A stretch of DNA of 64,000 bases from assembly GCA_964016885.1 (NCBI GenBank), contig OZ024746.1:42718001-42782000 (forward strand), given 5' to 3'. Of the stretch, positions 58,363 through 64,000 are shown in pieces; within the stretch, counting starts at the first letter, position 1, and the number at the start of each line of letters is the position of its first letter. This stretch comes from Eledone cirrhosa. Taxonomy: Eukaryota. Under the pieces are notes generated by a model. The model ran no database searches, was not told the DNA's origin, and saw only the letters and a program-made list of their open reading frames with translations. The position numbers and the translations under genes are program-made.

Positions 58363-58437
<75 letters not shown>

Positions 58438-58442
58438 TATAC

Positions 58443-58481
<39 letters not shown>

Positions 58482-58482
58482 C

Positions 58483-58537
<55 letters not shown>

Positions 58538-58538
58538 C

Positions 58539-58601
<63 letters not shown>

Positions 58602-58700
58602 CATATATATATATATATATATACATATGTACATATATATATATATATATATATATACATATGTACATATATATATATATATATATATACATATATATAT
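57306..58700. repeat. (TA)n array with GTAC interruptions
   Basis: Direct reading; interrupted by the inverted arm 58194-58322. Confidence 0.95.
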
Positions 58701-58829
58701 GTATACAACACTTCATCCACCGTATGCAGTTCTCTGCCTACAATCAGAGAGATAAAATCAGAGTGTATAGAGGAGCCAGAACCAAATGGGAAAAAAAGGT
58801 AAATAATGACATAAATGGGACCTGCCCCC
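58194..58829. repeat. Inverted repeat: 129-bp arms around a (TA)n spacer
   Basis: 58194-58322 is the apparently exact reverse complement of 58701-58829; symmetry continues into the microsatellite. Confidence 0.95.
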
Positions 58830-59419
58830 TGTATAGGAGCAAATTTTGGAATAGAATAGAAAGAACTAGGAACAAGGCTAATAGAATAAACTCATGGTAT
58901 GATAGCAATAAATACCAGAGTGTAATGTTCATCGATACAACCCCTAGAGGTGAATTAGCTTACAAATTTAGAAGGGCCCTAAATAAACATAAACTCAATA
59001 TTAAGATAGTAGAAAGACCAGGTACCTCCGTAAAAACACTTATTAGCAAGACATACCCTTTTCAAAGACCCTCATGTATAGATAAGAAATGTATAACCTG
59101 TAAAATAAGCCCCCATATTAACTGTAAAACTAGAAATGTAGTGTATAGCATGAGATGTACTGAAGGACAATGTAGAGACAAAAATATAATGTACATAGGT
59201 GAGACAGCTCGTAGTGTAGGGGAACGGATAAATGAACACTGGCGAGACCTTCAAGATAGTAAAGAATCATCTGTACTCTACCAACATGCTAAAATAGAAC
59301 ACAAGGGTAAATTAGAGAACATAGAAATAAAAACAGAATCTACACACAGAAAAGACGCAATGTTTAGACAAATTACAGAGGCAATAAACATAAAAGAATT
59401 ACAACCAAAATTAAATTGA
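58701..59419 (+). pseudogene. PLE C-terminal fragment: RT thumb, Cys linker, GIY-YIG endonuclease
   Basis: [70 protein letters not shown]. Confidence 0.9.
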
Positions 59420-59554
59420 AAATATGAGTGGGACAGCAACATCACAACTTACAATTAAGGACAAAATGAAAACACACATACACATAGAACAAACAACCAA
59501 CCAGTAACATGTAAATAAACAAAAAAATAAATGAACATAAACACACACAGACAC

Positions 59555-59612
59555 CCGGATGTGGCGCATGCGCAGACTGAGCACACAACACACACACAAA
59601 AACAAAATGGCG
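59555..59612 (+). promoter_or_regulatory. Candidate pLTR promoter motif cluster (ETS-, NRF1- and YY1-like)
   Basis: ccggatgt, gcgcatgcgca and caaaatggcg within 60 bp of otherwise A/C-rich sequence. Confidence 0.4.
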
Positions 59613-59640
59613 TAGGACAGAACAAAGAAAGGAATCCCCA

Positions 59641-59683
59641 GTCACTGAAGAGGTCACAGTGTGTATGACGAAAGAACTATGAC
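59641..59683 (+). ncRNA. Minimal type I hammerhead motif
   Basis: gtca-CTGAAGA-g-gtca cagtgtgta tgac-GAAA-g aa-CTA-tgac. Confidence 0.65.
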
Positions 59684-59950
59684 AATATATAAACAACTAT
59701 CTGGTTGTGGAACCAACCAACCAACCAGAAATTTATAAATTTATTATAAATTTATTATAATAATAAATTGAAGTGAAAGCAACTGGTGCGTATGTTTCTT
59801 ATTAGCAACATGACCGTCCCAAAGTATAACAATATCGGTTTCAACACACGATTTCAGATAAAGAATCTTGCTAAACAAATTCAGAAACGAAATATAAATA
59901 TATATATATATATATATATAAATATATATATATATAAATATATATATATA

Positions 59951-60311
59951 TCATCATCATCATTTCATTTTACGTCCGCTTTTTCCCTGCTTGCAAGGGT
60001 GGGACGGGAACTGATTCTGGCTTGATTTCTACAGCTGGATGCCCTTCCTAACACCAACCTCATTTTTACAGTGAGTGCTGGGTGCTTTTTTTGCCGTGGC
60101 ACCTCCACGACCACTTTGCAGTGGAATGATAGGGACTGGGGTCCCTATCATTCCACTGCAGACCCCAGTCCCTATCATCTCATTTCTACAGCTGATTAAA
60201 CTGCAGCAATGTGAAATAAAGTGTCTTGCTCAAGTACACAGCACATCACCCGGTCTGAGAATTGAACTCACAACCTTTCGATTGCAAGGCCAATGCTCTA
60301 ACCACTAAGCC

Positions 60312-60313
<2 letters not shown>
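59951..60313 (-). mobile_element. SINE family A with internal hairpin rearrangement
   Basis: Family A body with extra inverted segment at about 60117-60180. Confidence 0.9.
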
Positions 60314-60344
<31 letters not shown>

Positions 60345-60383
60345 TTAGATAAATATATATATATATATATTAGATAAATATAT

Positions 60384-60420
<37 letters not shown>

Positions 60421-60455
60421 AATATATATATATATAAATATATATATATATAAAT

Positions 60456-60630
<175 letters not shown>

Positions 60631-60776
60631 AATATATATATATATATTTAAAAAAAAAAAAAATAAGACTCCAGTTGCATTTTCGATTTCATCTCTTTTT
60701 CTTTATACTTTCACTCGTGTAGGACACCTCGGTTATTTTTCATTTTGTAAAAAAAACCTCACTTTCTAATAAATAT

Positions 60777-60814
<38 letters not shown>

Positions 60815-60821
60815 GATAAAT

Positions 60822-60855
<34 letters not shown>

Positions 60856-60923
60856 TAGATAAATATATATATCTATATATATATAAATATATATATATAT
60901 ATAAATATATATATTTAAATATA

Positions 60924-60957
<34 letters not shown>

Positions 60958-60958
<1 letters not shown>

Positions 60959-61161
60959 CATCATCATCATTTTACGTCCGCTTTTCCCTGCTTGCAAGGG
61001 TGGGACGGGTCTTATTCATATATATATATTAGATAAATATATATATATATATTAGATAAATAAATATATATATATATATATATATCATCATCATCATCAT
61101 CATCATCATCATTTTACGTCCACTTTTCCCTGCTTGCAAGGGTGGGACGGGTCTTATTCAT
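60958..61161 (-). repeat. Tandem duplication of a SINE A 3' fragment
   Basis: Two copies share the same non-SINE junction gggacgggtcttattcat. Confidence 0.85.
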
Positions 61162-61169
61162 TATATATA

Positions 61170-61231
<62 letters not shown>

Positions 61232-61264
61232 TAAATAAATAAATATATAAATATATATACATAT

Positions 61265-61575
61265 AACAAGATGAACATCTATGGAGGCTTCACTAATATA
61301 TCAGAATATAAACCCAAAATTAACACACTGATACAGCTCACATGAAACCAATTACAATAACTGCCATGCTTCAAACATTGAGGAATTTTAAATCAGGATT
61401 CCATGATTTCCTACCACATTCATGAAACTTTATAACAACTGCTAAGCACGTATGGACATTCTGATTCTGATGATGGAGCTTTGAAATGTTAATACATAAT
61501 CAGATTTAGGAATGCTACTATTCCAAACTAAGCATGAAGAAATAATAAAGAAATACAAAAAAAGAATGATCACAC
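61265..61575 (+). mobile_element. Decayed PLE 3' fragment with degenerate hammerhead (61460-61504)
   Basis: MEASLI/SEYKPKINT resembles a GIY-YIG C-terminus; tctgatt-CTGATGA-tggagcttt-GAAA-tgttaataca-t-aatcaga. Confidence 0.5.
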
Positions 61576-61596
61576 TGGAGCACAGGTATGTATGTG

Positions 61597-61912
61597 AAGG
61601 CACATGGCTTTTTGGTTAGGGTATTCGTCTCACAATCGTAAGGTTGTGGGTTCGATTCCCAGCAGCGCATTGTGTCCCTGAGCAAGACACTTTATTTCAC
61701 GTTGCTTCCACTCAGCTGGCAAAAATGAGTTGTCTGTAATCGGAAGAGTCAGCCTTGTCACAATCTGTGTCACGCTGAATTTCTCTAAGAACTATGTTAA
61801 GCGTACATGGGTCTGTGGAATGCTCAGCCACTTGTACGTTAATTTCACAAGCAGGCTGTTCCGTTGATCGTATCAACTTGAACACTTGTCCTCGAAACCA
61901 ACAGAGTGCTAA
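61597..61912 (+). mobile_element. tRNA-derived SINE, family C
   Basis: ggcacatggc..tggttagg head, ggttcgattcc B-box, ccctgagcaagacactttatttcac body shared with family A, different 3' half. Confidence 0.85.
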
Positions 61913-62857
61913 TCATGTATGTATGTGTTTATCTAAGGGTGTGTGTGTATGTGCATGTGTGTATGACCACCATTTTCTAGCAAGTTATATATCCCCATCA
62001 GAGGTTATTTCTTCTCTGATGAACCTTTGTAGATACTCCCTGTGGCAATGTAAAAATATGAATCAATTTAATTAAACAATATTCTGTTTTGAACATTGAA
62101 CCTAGTTTTGTTGAATACCACATGCCCCAGATCATGCATTTAAATATGTATAAATATGTGACATATGTGTGTTTGATATCAATATCGAAAACCAACACAC
62201 TATAGAATTTAGATAACCTCTATCCAATCATCTCTTATTGCATTTTATTCTTTTCTAGCAACTGGCAACTTCTGAAATGCCATCATACAGATGAAAAAAA
62301 TGAAATCCCTACCATTTAGTTCCCAAATATTACAGTAATGTTAATATATATATATATACACACATGGTCACACATACAAACTAATCTACATACAAATAAA
62401 GGTGAGAATATAAACACATCTTTAATATAGTGTGCCAATAAAGGCTTTTATGATCATATGAAGCCATTTTTTCGTACATATCATTATAGGTCTGCAACGT
62501 TATATCTTGAACACTTTTAAGATTATAATTTTATAACTTTAATGGCATACATATCCCAACATATAAAAGAAGAATAAATAAAAATTCACATACAATATCT
62601 GTAAATAGAGAGATACATAGAGCACTTTACATATTTGAAGGGTATGGAAATGAGCTTTGCAGTATAGTAAAATATGTTCATATTACCAGAAATTAAAATC
62701 GAAATTAAGCATTAATATGAAGAGAAAAGAAAACGAAGTTTTATGGCAAACATTTGCTTTCCTATGGAATCAGCGTAACTCGTGGAAACATTCAAAAGAT
62801 TAGAAAGAGTTGATGTGATTTGTTGAGAATTTGTGTACTACTAGTCTACCACCACAA

Positions 62858-63079
62858 TATTGGTTTCTGATTTAGGCACAAGGCCAACAATTTTTGAAGA
62901 AAGGAAAAGTTGATTAAATTGACCCCAGTGCATTACTGGTACTTTATTTTATCGACCCTGTAAGGATGAAAGGCAAAGTTAACCTCGGCAGGATTTGAAC
63001 TCTGAAAGTAAAGGGTCACAATTCTATGCTGTTAAGCATGTTGTCCGACGCTCTCCTGATTCTGCTAATCCACCGCCCT
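62858..63079 (-). mobile_element. SINE family B, full length (older copies at about 245-450 and 63105-63300)
   Basis: Reverse complement of 5911-6105. Confidence 0.85.
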
Positions 63080-64000
63080 CTACCACCACAATAATAATAA
63101 GAATCATTTCTAATGTAATGTGACACAAGGGGGAAGGTGTTAGACAATTAAATCAACCCAGTACTTGACTGGTACTTATTTTATGGATCCTGGATGCATG
63201 AAAGATAAAGATAGCCTCATGAGATTTGAATTCATAACATAAATAGCTGGAAAAATACAAAATATTTTTTCTGATGCTCTAACAATTCTGCCCATCTACC
63301 AATTGCAACAACAATGATGGTGGTGATGATGACTAGTGAGCATACAATATCTAAGTTTAATTCAAACATTCCATCAATTTTATTTTAAATACAATAAACT
63401 AGGCCTAGAGATGAAATCCTAATATCTAAAATGTTTCAACTTTTCATTGTGTTCCTAAATTCTAACCAAAGTATGGGGGAAAAAGTGAAAGAAATAATAG
63501 CTATTATGAAACTAAAAAGTAAGAAATTTAAAATAAAAAATATTCACTTGAAACTTCTAAATGAAACAAGATTACTCTGAAGTTGAAAAAGAAAATTCAA
63601 TTACAAATAAAGTAATTTTAAACAATGTCTGCTTTTTTAATCTTTTAACCAAGGAACACATCTTAGATATTGGTTATCGATTGCTGGGTAGAGTATATTG
63701 ATAAATTTTCACAATTCCTTGAATGATACAACAGATGGGTGTTAATATTCTTTTGTTCCATAATCTTCCAAAAGTGAGAAATGATAAAATCATTCTCAGT
63801 AGATTTGTATTTTCATATAACTAAATTAAGGATCAAATATTTAGTTAGTCGATGAATCCCTTCATTTTATCAAGCCATCATTAACATGTAATTGATAATC
63901 ATACTGTTATGATACTCATAAGAGTATGATACAATACTTCAATTATGATACTCATAAATGAAAGAGCTGTTTGAACATAAAACCTTATCAACTGTTCATC

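Larger units (their letters stand above)
58701..59892 (+). mobile_element. 5'-truncated Penelope-like element (Neptune-like), second family
   Basis: Thumb/linker/GIY-YIG frame followed by UTR with hammerhead; ends in (TA)n; subclade assignment from memory of the motifs. Confidence 0.85.

Noticed and set aside
59414-59440. In-frame TGA followed by KYEWD, suggesting selenocysteine read-through as in Naiad PLEs
   Set aside because: Position is not a Cys site, no SECIS recognised, and a CGA>TGA change is simpler
60650-60770. Unique island in (TA)n
   Set aside because: No motif or in-window homolog found; possibly another element terminus but unsupported

Overview
AT-rich eukaryotic genomic DNA, probably an octopus (inferred from the SINE families and (TA)n load, not proven). 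I found no intact host gene; most ORFs in the track are microsatellite artefacts. Positions 1-41 kb hold tRNA-derived SINEs, MITEs, an R4/Dong-type LINE remnant, Penelope-like (PLE) remnants and a few possible decayed exons on the minus strand. Positions 41-61.5 kb form a nest of retroelements embedded in large (TA)n tracts. It contains a 5'-truncated PLE with an open RT + GIY-YIG frame (48411-50291), a second PLE 3' fragment, a 5'-truncated RTE LINE with three C-terminal C2H2 fingers (54168-57074), a non-autonomous RTE partner, a retrozyme-like unit and three inverted duplications. Folding by eye gave about nine complete and two half type I hammerhead ribozyme motifs from several families, most with a self-complementary stem III. 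These, together with the (TA)n-centred fold-back duplications, are the most interesting signal. All structures and alignments were done by hand and need computational confirmation.
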